Of a stretch of 64,000 bases of DNA, positions 31,281 to 40,648 are shown in pieces (the stretch's first letter is position 1; each line of letters starts with the position of its first letter). The position numbers were made by a program, and so were the translations under genes. The stretch is taken from the sequence record NC_031927.1; one strand, 5' to 3'. Under the pieces are notes generated by a model that was not told the DNA's origin, did not search any database, and saw only the letters and a program-made list of their open reading frames with translations.

Positions 31281-31790
31281 ATGCTAAAACATTTGTTCGT
31301 GGGAGCACTTATCTCTTTTTCTTGCTCCCCTGTGCTTGCTAACGGTCAATCTACCGTGTCTTCCAGTAGTAATGCACAAAATAACCAGAATAACAATGGA
31401 ACTGTGAATCTTGCCCCTATGGGTGGTTCAAACTCCAACTATCAGATCAATTCTGTATCAAATAGCCAGTACCAATTCGGTCCTGGTATCTCTTGTCCCA
31501 CACCTGAACTTGGTATTGGGGCTTTTGGGGGCAATAATAGCTCATTTGATTCTGATTATAGCAACGGTTCTAACAATATAGGTGCAACCTTAATGTTTAC
31601 TACACCTTTGGGTGGTGATGTTGGTCGTTATTGTAAAGAATTGGTACAGGAGATCACCAAACAACGGCAATTGGACACAAAGGTGACTATGATTCGCCAA
31701 TGTGCGCAGTTTGCTCGGGAAGGTGTTATACTAGACACCGAACAGTTCCCCGAGTTCGCTATCTGCTCTGCTGTAACAGTCACTCGGTAA
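31281..31790 (+). CDS. Putative exported Asn/Ser-rich, Cys-containing protein
   Basis: Signal-like N-terminus (MLKHLFVGALISFSCSPVLA) and several Cys. Confidence 0.7.
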   Translation: MLKHLFVGALISFSCSPVLANGQSTVSSSSNAQNNQNNNGTVNLAPMGGSNSNYQINSVSNSQYQFGPGISCPTPELGIGAFGGNNSSFDSDYSNGSNNIGATLMFTTPLGGDVGRYCKELVQEITKQRQLDTKVTMIRQCAQFAREGVILDTEQFPEFAICSAVTVTR

Positions 31791-31862
31791 ACTGTCCACT
31801 AATCCACGACAGCCTAGCCTAGTGGGTTATACTATTCACATACCACACAAGGTTATTCACAA

Positions 31863-32057
31863 ATGTCTGAAAACATGAGCTACTCAGCAGTTCTTTATGA
31901 AATGCAAGAGATTAAAGATGAGTGGCGTCGCAATACCTATACATACCACGAAGGTCAAAAAGAACGTTATGCACTCCTTCTTGAGGTCCGCCGTATCCGC
32001 GTTGCTCAAATGTACGCAGATGGGCGAGTACACGATGGATCAATGCAGTCAGGCTGA
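31863..32057 (+). CDS. Small hypothetical protein
   Basis: ATG directly after the repeat promoter at 31785-31833. Confidence 0.7.
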   Translation: MSENMSYSAVLYEMQEIKDEWRRNTYTYHEGQKERYALLLEVRRIRVAQMYADGRVHDGSMQSG

Positions 32058-32330
32058 AACACAGCCAACTGAAGTAAACAACACAATTATTATGGAAAAT
32101 CAACCCCTAGATCAGTACTGGACCACTCCTTATGGCGATTTTGCCATCCGAAAGACTCGTTTTGGTGTATTCACTTCATATGATCGTGAGTTAGTTCAGT
32201 TAGTAACTGGTGGAACATATGAAGCCGTCTTCAAAATGACGCCATCACACCTACAATGGGCACGTGAAGGTTACATTGTCCCAGAAGGACAAGAAGTGGG
32301 CACCTATTCATCCTCTGTTGGAGTAAAACT

Positions 32331-32666
32331 ATGACACACGACTACAAAGAGACCCTTTACATCAATTTATTCAATATATTGCGGGAATTGACTGAGCACG
32401 AGTCTCCAGAAGTCATCTTTGATCGTATTGTAGAAGACTTTGCTATGAGTGCAGAGTATCATATGGGTCAAGCAGACACCTTCAAGTCAATGCTAGACAC
32501 ATTTAGGCACGACAATCCAACAGAAACTATCCCTGAGTTCAAAGTTACTGACCCCAAGGTAGTTATTGAGGACCTATATGGTGGAATTACCGATATCAAT
32601 AAGCAGTATATGTTAGAAGATCGTGATAAATTGATGGACTTTCTTAATGGAAGAACCGATATCTGA
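32331..32666 (+). CDS. Hypothetical protein
   Basis: 111-aa ORF with ATGA coupling to the upstream ORF. Confidence 0.7.
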   Translation: MTHDYKETLYINLFNILRELTEHESPEVIFDRIVEDFAMSAEYHMGQADTFKSMLDTFRHDNPTETIPEFKVTDPKVVIEDLYGGITDINKQYMLEDRDKLMDFLNGRTDI

Positions 32667-32709
32667 TATAATTATCCCATAAATATCCACATCCACCCAA
32701 CCTAATACA

Positions 32710-32865
32710 ATGCTAAACGACTATCAGGAAATTGATCCCTCGGCAATGGCTACTCAACAAGCCAAGTTCTTTGAAGAATTAGAAAAGAACAGTTGGAGAG
32801 CCCGATATGAGCGATTCTGCGAAGAGAATCCATGGGACCTAGAGTGCAAAATCTTTGATCTATAA
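32710..32865 (+). CDS. CP12 C-terminal-like micro-protein (51 aa, not in ORF track)
   Basis: Manual translation ends ERFCEENPWDLECKIFDL, a C-x8-C loop with NP and terminal FD as in the CP12 C-terminus; terminator follows. Confidence 0.6.
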   Translation: MLNDYQEIDPSAMATQQAKFFEELEKNSWRARYERFCEENPWDLECKIFDL

Positions 32866-32871
32866 TCATAT

Positions 32872-32893
32872 GCTCCCATCTGGGAGCTTTTTT
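32872..32893 (+). terminator. Rho-independent terminator after the CP12-like ORF
   Basis: GCTCCCA-TC-TGGGAGC then T6. Confidence 0.75.
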
Positions 32894-33596
32894 GTCCACT
32901 TTATTAAGTGGCACCTTCATCGACCATAAAAGCTCATACTGAGCTATATTAAATCCGTTGAGACAAGGACCTATTCCAATGTTCATCACTAACGAGTACA
33001 TCACCTTTGCTGATGCTGTTACCGAAGATGGAACAGACTACGGCACAGGCTACTATCTACTCCAAGAGTATAGTAGTGGAGTAACAGACATCTTTGGACC
33101 ATATCAATACGAAGAAGATGTTCCCAACAAAACACGCATTTTTTAATTATGAACAACATCATTACTGAAGACATCGATCTATTTGAAGCACTTGGTATTG
33201 CCGAAGAATGGGAAGACCAAGAAGTTGCTGACGAATACGCAGAACAGGACGCTCGCACACTAAAAGAATATGGCTTTTAATTTAGGCTATGCTGGAGAAG
33301 CATTCCCCTTCTTCAAGCTAGCCATTGGTGCTACACTTGTATGGATGGGACTAAACATCAGTATTGTTATTACTGATAGTCCAAAAGACGAATAGTTTAC
33401 ATTAAGGGGCATTAAGCCCCTTTGTTACAATATCAAAACATTTAAGCCAAATTTAGCAAAAATTATGCTATACTTGGTGAGGCAATACAGAGAGACTTCT
33501 TAAAAATCACTGATAGCCACTAAATATCATCAATGGTTGTATTTCAACCTGATGGTTTGTTACTTATATCTACACACAGAAAAAAAAAAACATATT

Positions 33597-33983
33597 ATGA
33601 CATCATTCAACAAGAGCCTTTTGCGTCAAATTGCCCAGAAAAAAAATAAAGCACAAAACGGATTTACATTGATTGAACTAATGGTCGTTGTTGCGATTGT
33701 TGGCGTTCTATCTGCCGTAGGTCTACCTCAGCTATTGAAAGCACAAGACCGAGCAAAGATTTCAGTGGCACAACAGGAAGCAGTCAACTACGCTAAAGAG
33801 TGTTCTATCTCCCTCCTTACAGGTGGTGCTGGTCCTGACGCTGGTGACTTTGAAACAGTTCCTGCCGCACAGACATGCGTCGCTGGTACAAGTGTAACCG
33901 GTGTATCTGATACTGACCCAGCAGTAACCTGGACAGTAACAATGGAAGGCGGCATCCCTGGCGTTCCTTCTTCCGATGAGTAA
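33597..33983 (+). CDS. Type IV pilin-like protein with class III signal peptide
   Basis: Basic leader then G|FTLIELMVVVAIVGVLSAVGLP (F1, E5), AQDRAK helix, two Cys; ATG 33597 preferred to track start 33537. Confidence 0.93.
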   Translation: MTSFNKSLLRQIAQKKNKAQNGFTLIELMVVVAIVGVLSAVGLPQLLKAQDRAKISVAQQEAVNYAKECSISLLTGGAGPDAGDFETVPAAQTCVAGTSVTGVSDTDPAVTWTVTMEGGIPGVPSSDE

Positions 33984-33989
33984 TCTATT

Positions 33990-34553
33990 ATGAACCTAAT
34001 GTCCACCATGGTGGGACTTAGCGTTATGGGAGTTATGGCTCCCTCCATAATGCAAATGTCCATCGCACCATACGAAGCAAATCTAAGGGCAAAAAACCTT
34101 GGAACTGCCGAAGCTGCTGCTACAGTTTTTGCTGCTACATATGAAGGTGGACTCGACACTCCACCAACAGTTGAAGGTCCCTGTACATCAGAGGCTAGAG
34201 AAAATACAGATAACGCATATAGCGTCACCTGTACCTATGGATCTGGTAAGTATGTTCAGTCTGTTATGCGTGCCTTTCGTACTGCTGTCCCCGATAAAGG
34301 ACTAGATGGTACAGGCGCTAGAGGAGGGAGAGAGTTTCAATTTGAGACACCCACACGCTACTCAGGTCACCAATGTCCTATCCACGACCCCTGGGGTGTT
34401 TATGGTTACAATGACCAAATGTATACAGCTCTAGGTGGTGCTTGTATGCCACATGATGCTTGGACTCCGACCAAATATCAGTTCTCTGACCCTACTGCCT
34501 GGCTCTACGACATCAACAACATCAAAGGTTACGGAGATCATCCAGACTATTAG
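33990..34553 (+). CDS. Pilin-like partner protein without cleavable leader
   Basis: N-terminal hydrophobic helix MNLMSTMVGLSVMGVMAP, amphipathic continuation, four Cys; 6 nt downstream of the pilin. Confidence 0.55.
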   Translation: MNLMSTMVGLSVMGVMAPSIMQMSIAPYEANLRAKNLGTAEAAATVFAATYEGGLDTPPTVEGPCTSEARENTDNAYSVTCTYGSGKYVQSVMRAFRTAVPDKGLDGTGARGGREFQFETPTRYSGHQCPIHDPWGVYGYNDQMYTALGGACMPHDAWTPTKYQFSDPTAWLYDINNIKGYGDHPDY

Positions 34554-34761
34554 TATAATGATTAAAAAACTGATTGAATCTTATAAAGATTATCTAAATT
34601 ATTTGAGAGACTTGTCTCACCGATCATCACCAATATATCGTGAATTAGCTATTGAGCGATTAAAAGCTCATAGAGAATATATGGATAATCGCAGAAGATA
34701 CAACCCATATCTTCATCCAGACGAATGGGATGCTGAAAATATCTAAAATAAATAGAGGGGA

Positions 34762-35082
34762 GTGATGCTCCCCTTTTTTATGGATTTTATAGTAACAGTT
34801 AGAACATACACTGGTGCTGTTAAGTCAGTAGAAGTCAAGAACATGCCCGATGAGGATGCTGCCCGTGCTGAAGCGGTTAGCTTAACCTTCGGGCGTGTTC
34901 TTTCTATTGAGAGGACAGATACTGAGGAAGTTGTAGTAGCTACTACACCAAAGAAGAAAAAGCGGAAACTACCTGAAATTGAAAGAGAACTGATGCCTGG
35001 TGAGACTGAAACTATCGTTACAGGATACGATAACAACCCACTAGCAGTCTTCTCATACCTAAATGATGATGGGCTAGTGTGA
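34762..35082 (+). CDS. Hypothetical protein
   Basis: ORF after AATAAATA late-like promoter at 34747. Confidence 0.65.
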   Translation: MMLPFFMDFIVTVRTYTGAVKSVEVKNMPDEDAARAEAVSLTFGRVLSIERTDTEEVVVATTPKKKKRKLPEIERELMPGETETIVTGYDNNPLAVFSYLNDDGLV

Positions 35083-35162
35083 CGGACAATTGTTAAACTG
35101 TCACACCACCTCTTCACAGGGGTGGTTTTTTATTATATGATGACTTCATACGAAACGAACTG

Positions 35163-35369
35163 ATGACTTCTCTCTTTTCAGTCAAATGCTTCAGTCCATC
35201 TCAAGTTTTTTATACTTGTCAAACTGAACTTTGGGTAGAAGCAGTTGCTATGGCACATCTTCTGGCAGAAACATATGGTCATCGTGCTAATGTGTATAAA
35301 CCCAATGAGGTTCATCACGCATATTCTGCCACAGGGAACCCCGATATCACTGATCGTATCTTTACCTGA
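35163..35369 (+). CDS. Small hypothetical protein
   Basis: Flanked by repeat elements at 35084 and 35378. Confidence 0.7.
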   Translation: MTSLFSVKCFSPSQVFYTCQTELWVEAVAMAHLLAETYGHRANVYKPNEVHHAYSATGNPDITDRIFT

Positions 35370-35454
35370 TACGATAACCACTTCCTAAACTGACCACTGA
35401 ACCCCCACAGGGCACCTAGATGCCCTATACTAATTACATCAACACAGCACTACT

Positions 35455-35886
35455 ATGGCTCGCCACTCCGAAGTTCTTATCCAAGGCGTCAACGTTCCAG
35501 GCGGAAACTTCAAAGTAACAGTTCCCGTAGACTCCTCCTATGCTTCCGATGCTGCTCGTAACATCTATCCATACGATGGAGCACAATACATCTGGATGAA
35601 GTCTTGGGAGGTTGGTCAGTCCTCTCGTGGCGGTGGTGGCTCCTCTTCTGGGGCAGGAATGGGTCCAGGCACCATCGTAATGGGGCTTATTGGTCTTATC
35701 CTGGTTGCTGGTATTGGTTCTGCCTTTGAGGATGATACAGCACCCGTTGAGACCCCCCAGGCTGCCCCTGTAGAGCGTGTTCAGGCAGCTCCTGCTCCCG
35801 TTGCACCTGCTGCTGAACCACAGTTTAGGGACTATGCTAGCCCTCCTCCTTCCTACTGCATCACTGAAAACTTTGAGCCTTGCTGA
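35455..35886 (+). CDS. Membrane-anchored protein with Pro/Ala-rich tail
   Basis: TM segment IVMGLIGLILVAGIG; ATG after repeat promoter. Confidence 0.75.
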   Translation: MARHSEVLIQGVNVPGGNFKVTVPVDSSYASDAARNIYPYDGAQYIWMKSWEVGQSSRGGGGSSSGAGMGPGTIVMGLIGLILVAGIGSAFEDDTAPVETPQAAPVERVQAAPAPVAPAAEPQFRDYASPPPSYCITENFEPC

Positions 35887-36202
35887 TATGATTGACTTCC
35901 GTCCCCCGCATCACATCACCACACAAGAAGAGTGGGATTTTATATTCAAGACACAGATCGAAAACTGTGCTAAACTAAAGAATACCGAGGCACAATACTA
36001 TACCTGTATTGATTCCACTGGTAAGACCACCCGTAAAGTTGTTATTGAGTTTGATGACTGAATCCGACATCACAATCTTCTTCCTAAAAACAATATCATT
36101 ATTCTTTGTTCTTGGATGTGCTTATGCCGTATCTTTGATGGAAGAGGATGATGATGACGATGATGATGAGGGAATGTATCAACCTGCATACAATAGAATC
36201 TA

Positions 36203-36505
36203 ATGACTGAAAAAGAAATTGAAATGAACTTTGGTAGTGAGTATGAGTCCGGCATTGATTATGGTGAGACTGCAATCCTAGACTATACCGAAGAAGTAAG
36301 TGTCACACTATCACGTTCTGATTGGAACTGGTTTGTTACACTTATGAGTGACTCCGTTGATAAAATGGAGCTAGCAGTTGCTGCTGCTGGTAAAGACTCT
36401 GCCGAGTTCCTAGCTATTGAGACCCTACGCACTATTCGTAATGAAATTGCCCGACAATCTGGACTTGACCAATTTATTGAAGGAGATGCCCGTCAAAGCT
36501 CCTAA
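36203..36505 (+). CDS. Acidic hypothetical protein
   Basis: ORF track; TAATG coupling. Confidence 0.65.
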   Translation: MTEKEIEMNFGSEYESGIDYGETAILDYTEEVSVTLSRSDWNWFVTLMSDSVDKMELAVAAAGKDSAEFLAIETLRTIRNEIARQSGLDQFIEGDARQSS

Positions 36506-36758
36506 AGGGTATCACTATGAGATTACAGAACATAAGCGGAATGTAGCGGCTATTTGGTTATGTGGTGGTCCCACATACCTCTATAATGGCGGAGAAACTG
36601 CTAGAACTATTCACTCATTCTATGACTATAAGAAGAAGGTATGGTTCTCTCCAATCAATAGTAAGAAGGTAGGTCAAGAAGTTCACCCTAGCAATATTCG
36701 TCCATATTCTTCTATGCCGTTGAACCTAAATCCACTGATGGCAGCTCTTATGTCTTGA
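36486..36758 (+). CDS. Hypothetical protein (cyanophage type, PKGYHYE...WLC)
   Basis: AGGAG directly before ATG 36486; sequence style of cyanomyovirus small proteins. Confidence 0.65.
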   Translation: MPVKAPKGYHYEITEHKRNVAAIWLCGGPTYLYNGGETARTIHSFYDYKKKVWFSPINSKKVGQEVHPSNIRPYSSMPLNLNPLMAALMS

Positions 36759-37275
36759 TACAGTACATAAGAGCTACGTTACGTGGTCGATATGATATCC
36801 AGTTGTCAACGTTAGGGGCAGCATTGTCCTGCGCACCCCTTGATACATTGTCTTGAGTAGAATTTGCCACACCACCATTAGACTGTAGTCTAGTCCCAGT
36901 TAGCTGATTACCATCAGCCTCTGCATATTGTTGACCAATATTGAAAGTGGGAGATGTTACATTACTATCACTGCCGAAAGCATCATTCATTGCCTGCCTT
37001 GTGGATGTAGCTGCTTGACTACTACCCAAAGCACGACCAGTATCAACACCAGCACCGTTATCCCAACCCCTAACAAACTCACCACGAAGATCTGGAGTGT
37101 TGGAACCAATTAGGGTCTCTAGGTCATCAAAGCCAGAAGTTGACTGACCATTACATTCCAAGTACCCAGTGGGAGGAACAGCACCATAGTACATAATAAC
37201 AGTACCTGTTGGATTGGTTCCTTGGGATACTCCACTTCCACTTTCTATTGTATCTACAACTAAAGTTCCTGCCAT
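36748..37275 (-). CDS. Stand-alone tail-collar domain protein
   Basis: PTGTVIMYYG..PPTGYLECNG...TPDLRGEFVRGWD.G.GVD.GR.LGS.Q and RPRNVALMYCIK. Confidence 0.92.
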   Translation of the reverse strand: MAGTLVVDTIESGSGVSQGTNPTGTVIMYYGAVPPTGYLECNGQSTSGFDDLETLIGSNTPDLRGEFVRGWDNGAGVDTGRALGSSQAATSTRQAMNDAFGSDSNVTSPTFNIGQQYAEADGNQLTGTRLQSNGGVANSTQDNVSRGAQDNAAPNVDNWISYRPRNVALMYCIKT

Positions 37276-37296
37276 GATAAATAAGAGACTTTTTAC

Positions 37297-37308
37297 TATT
37301 TATAAATA
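37297..37308. promoter_or_regulatory. Palindromic bidirectional late promoter TATTTATAAATA
   Basis: TATAAATA on both strands, between the divergent ORFs 37275(-) and 37333(+). Confidence 0.75.
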
Positions 37309-37332
37309 GAATTGTAAACATACGAACAACAA

Positions 37333-37494
37333 ATGACTTACGCACCTAAGCGTTGTCATGAATGTGCTCAAATTATTGTACCAAAGCGACCCTTAGAAAT
37401 TATTGAGATCATTAAACAGTCAGATGCTCTCCTGGAGGCAGAGATTCAAAGAGTCGAACAAGAACTTGTAGACAAGTACGGTCACAAGTGGTAA
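37333..37494 (+). CDS. Small hypothetical protein (53 aa, CxxC)
   Basis: Manual ORF MTYAPKRCHECAQ...; after TATAAATA, followed by terminator. Confidence 0.55.
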   Translation: MTYAPKRCHECAQIIVPKRPLEIIEIIKQSDALLEAEIQRVEQELVDKYGHKW

Positions 37495-37502
37495 GCTAAA
37501 TA

Positions 37503-37531
37503 ACCTCGTAGGGCAACCTACGGGGTTTTTT
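37503..37531 (+). terminator. Rho-independent terminator
   Basis: ACCTCGTAGG-GCAA-CCTACGGGGT then T-run. Confidence 0.8.
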
Positions 37532-37546
37532 TGTTGGATTGAAGAT

Positions 37547-37786
37547 ATGTCCTTTAAGAAGAGTAAGGAACAGCTTAATTCTGAGTTCAAACTAGTTATT
37601 GAACGGGCACGGGTATGTGGTAAGGGAGCTGCTAGGGCAGACAATCTACACAAACTATCCACTCAACTAGGATATATCGATGCTGCTCTCACAGGTGGTA
37701 AGCTGACCAATAAGCAGGCAGCACAGCAAGTTAAAGATTTGTATAAAGCTTGGAAAGAAACCAATAGAGCCATCGACCTGGAGTGA
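37547..37786 (+). CDS. Hypothetical protein
   Basis: 79-aa ORF in track. Confidence 0.6.
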   Translation: MSFKKSKEQLNSEFKLVIERARVCGKGAARADNLHKLSTQLGYIDAALTGGKLTNKQAAQQVKDLYKAWKETNRAIDLE

Positions 37787-37807
37787 TTCTGTGCTATAAT
37801 CTATGGT

Positions 37808-38194
37808 ATGGAAAGCTTTATGTCCCTAGCCATTGAGGTCGCCAAGACCTCACCATCACGCAAGCCTGTTGGGGCAGTTCTCTTACGGAAAAACAAGGTG
37901 ATTGCTACGGCAACCAACCACGACTGTAAGACGCATCCCATTCAAGCCAAGTGGGCAGAGCGTGTGGGATTATCTGAAAAGATCTACCTACACGCCGAAA
38001 TATCTGCTATGATAAAGGCTAGGGAAGAGGCAGACAAGATCGTTGTGGTCCGCCTAGGCGGTCATTCAGGCAACGAACTACGCCAAGCTCGCCCCTGTAA
38101 GATCTGTGAAGCATACTTGCGTCACACATCTAGTATCAAACACGTCTACTATTCAGAGTGGACAAACAAGTTCTCCTATGAGTATTGGGGTTAA
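37808..38194 (+). CDS. Cytidine/deoxycytidylate deaminase-family protein
   Basis: VGAVL, HAE and PCxxC zinc motifs (LHAEISA...RPCKIC). Confidence 0.9.
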   Translation: MESFMSLAIEVAKTSPSRKPVGAVLLRKNKVIATATNHDCKTHPIQAKWAERVGLSEKIYLHAEISAMIKAREEADKIVVVRLGGHSGNELRQARPCKICEAYLRHTSSIKHVYYSEWTNKFSYEYWG

Positions 38195-39027
38195 TCCCAC
38201 TAATTTATTATTATGAGTATCCAAACAGGCGACACAGTTATCTTCCGTGGTGGTGTAATCCCCGAGCAAGTTAAGTATTCTGGTTCGGACTATCCATCAG
38301 ACCTTACTATCGGCAAGACATATGTTGTTGCTAGTGTAGAGAAGACTAGCTCATACACCAACTTAACATTGGAAAATACCGAAGGTAGGTTCAACTCAAA
38401 TCAATTCCAAGTAGCATGAGTTCCATTAAAACATTCACACAAACAAGCGATGATCTCTATGATCGTCACAACTATAAAGTTGTATTCAAAGGTGGTCGTA
38501 AAGAGATCTACTGTGAATCTTGGGAAGGTGTCCAATCTATTTGGTTTCAATGGGCACAGATGCAAGCTATAGATTACATTGAAGTCTGTGATATTAAGAA
38601 GTACAAGCCGAAAGGATTTTAATTATGATTCCACTTGCGTTAGCTTGTGTTCTTGGTGGTTGTTTAGATGTACCTATTGGTACTACTAGTGATACTCTAC
38701 CGGAAACTATTGTAAAGGAGTTCCGTAGACAAAACCCCAAACAAACAACAAACCCATCCTGTTATGTGATGGGTACATTTTATGTAGAATGTCCAGAGGT
38801 TAATTATGACTAGAAGTATTATTCATCCAGAACTACAAATCCCCGAGTGGGGAACAGAAGAGTATCGTATTTGGTGGGAATCACAATATGATCAACACGA
38901 GAGCCACGAACTACAGCGGACACCGCCAATGGAAGTTTTAGAATGGGCTGATGGTTTCGTAGGTAAATAATAGACAGTTCCAATAGTGTCCACTGCCCCT
39001 TGCTAGGGGCTTTTTTGTTGTTATACT

Positions 39028-39405
39028 ATGTTCAACCAACCAAACCAACCCAACCAAATGGCTTCCTTCGCTGACTACGTTGACTCTAAGCCTGCTGCTG
39101 ATAAAGCTGAGGCTGATGTGCTACGCTACACCGAGGTGCTTATTGAAGCACTGACCCAGGATGCCCCTGACGACTACACCTACGCCATTGACGGTGGTCG
39201 TAAGTTCCATAAGGTGTGGATGTATCGCTATGGCAAGCGTGACTCCATCCACGCCTTTGTGGACAAGAAGACTGGTGAGGTTTACAAGCCAGCCAGCACC
39301 AAGGCACCAGCCAAGGGTGTTCGCTTCAACCTCCTAGACGAAGCAAGCCGTGAGGATATGCTCTCTCGTGCTGGCTGGTCCGGCGGCTACCTCTACATTC
39401 GCTAA
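39028..39405 (+). CDS. Conserved phage hypothetical protein
   Basis: GRKFHKV...SIHAFVDKKTGEVYKPAS.KAPAKGVRFNL, a pattern recalled from T4-like marine phage early proteins; probable start at the internal ATG 39058. Confidence 0.75.
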   Translation: MFNQPNQPNQMASFADYVDSKPAADKAEADVLRYTEVLIEALTQDAPDDYTYAIDGGRKFHKVWMYRYGKRDSIHAFVDKKTGEVYKPASTKAPAKGVRFNLLDEASREDMLSRAGWSGGYLYIR

Positions 39406-40144
39406 AATACTATGTATATTCTCCCTCTCATTTTCATTGCCTGCCTGACTACTGGTGAGTGCTTCAGCTCTAACAGAGCACCCGAAGTACGTGAACCAGT
39501 ACCATACGGCACAGACCTAGAAGCTCCCCGTAGAGGGATGCGTGACCCCCGAGTGAGGACAACTAATGATTGATTATTACAGCGAAGACCACATAGACTC
39601 GTTTGACTTTGAAAAAGCCGAACAACTTGAACAAGACATTTTAGAGATGATTTCTAACCCCAACAAAGAGTATTATCACCACAGCTCTCCCGCTTGGAAT
39701 ATTGCTGCACTTCTTGTATACTTGGAGGATATGGTGGACAAACTAGAGGAACTAAACTGATGAATCAAGCAAAGCAACTAGCAGAGAACCTTGCCTTTGA
39801 TGCCTATATGAGGTATCACCGCAACAGAATGACTCTCCCCTGCCCTGATGTGGACCAGCTCCGCACCTATGATGTGGTTGACCGTGGTGAGAGCTATGTT
39901 ATACTGTATAAGAACGGTATGGATGCTGGTAAGTCCTGTATCTATGCTACAATAAATAAGGAGACCTGTAAGGTATGCTCGAACTATCTCTGATTCTAGG
40001 GCTCGCTCTGACGCCCCTAGAAGCCTCTGAGAAGGTCAATGAGTTCTGTTCATATGTCGTTGGTATCCCCTACGCTAGCGACAACTTCACAGACGAAGAG
40101 TGGGGGAGATTTGTATATTGTAGAGAGTCCATAAGAGTACCACA

Positions 40145-40582
40145 ATGAAAAAAGTAATAGCAACATTAGCAACAGCAGCACTAGCAACAACAGTAGCACT
40201 ACCAGCAAAGGCTGGATATGGCTGGGATGTTACACACAATACTAGGTTTGAGTTTGTACCAGTCAGAGACAGAGAAACAAAGGTAGTAAACCATGTCATT
40301 TCAACTGGTGTTAATTTTGTGTGGACGCGATATGATGGAGAAAAGTTTGCATATCCTATCACAATAGAACATAAGGGAAATACCTGTGCTAGACCACCAA
40401 CACCCCGAGGTAGTAGTCATCTAACTGTATGTGTTGATAAGAGTTACTATGTTATAAGTCCTAAATGGGAAAGGAGAGGTTACTATACCAATGTTGAGTT
40501 ACAGTGCAATCGCCCCATCAAAATTAATGATAAGTTCCTTAACTTACAGGGAGCTTGTGATCACCTCAGTACCACTAGGTGA
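40145..40582 (+). CDS. Putative exported protein
   Basis: MKKVIATLATAALATTVALPAKA signal peptide, four Cys. Confidence 0.7.
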   Translation: MKKVIATLATAALATTVALPAKAGYGWDVTHNTRFEFVPVRDRETKVVNHVISTGVNFVWTRYDGEKFAYPITIEHKGNTCARPPTPRGSSHLTVCVDKSYYVISPKWERRGYYTNVELQCNRPIKINDKFLNLQGACDHLSTTR

Positions 40583-40626
40583 AGTGTCCACTGCCCCATC
40601 ACAGGGGCTTTTTTATGCTCTATAAT
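40571..40626 (+). promoter_or_regulatory. Dispersed copy of dyad-hairpin-TATAAT element (nuclease-helicase/MTase locus)
   Basis: CCACTAGGTGAAGTGTCCAC, GCCCC..GGGGC hairpin, TATAAT; related copies at about 44222, 44608, 45781, 47625, 50022 (partial), 51137. Confidence 0.8.
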
Positions 40627-40648
40627 AATCACATACACACAGAGAACC

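Noticed and set aside
36147-36167. (GAT)n microsatellite
   Set aside because: Encodes the poly-Asp tail of a small membrane protein; no sign of a regulatory role
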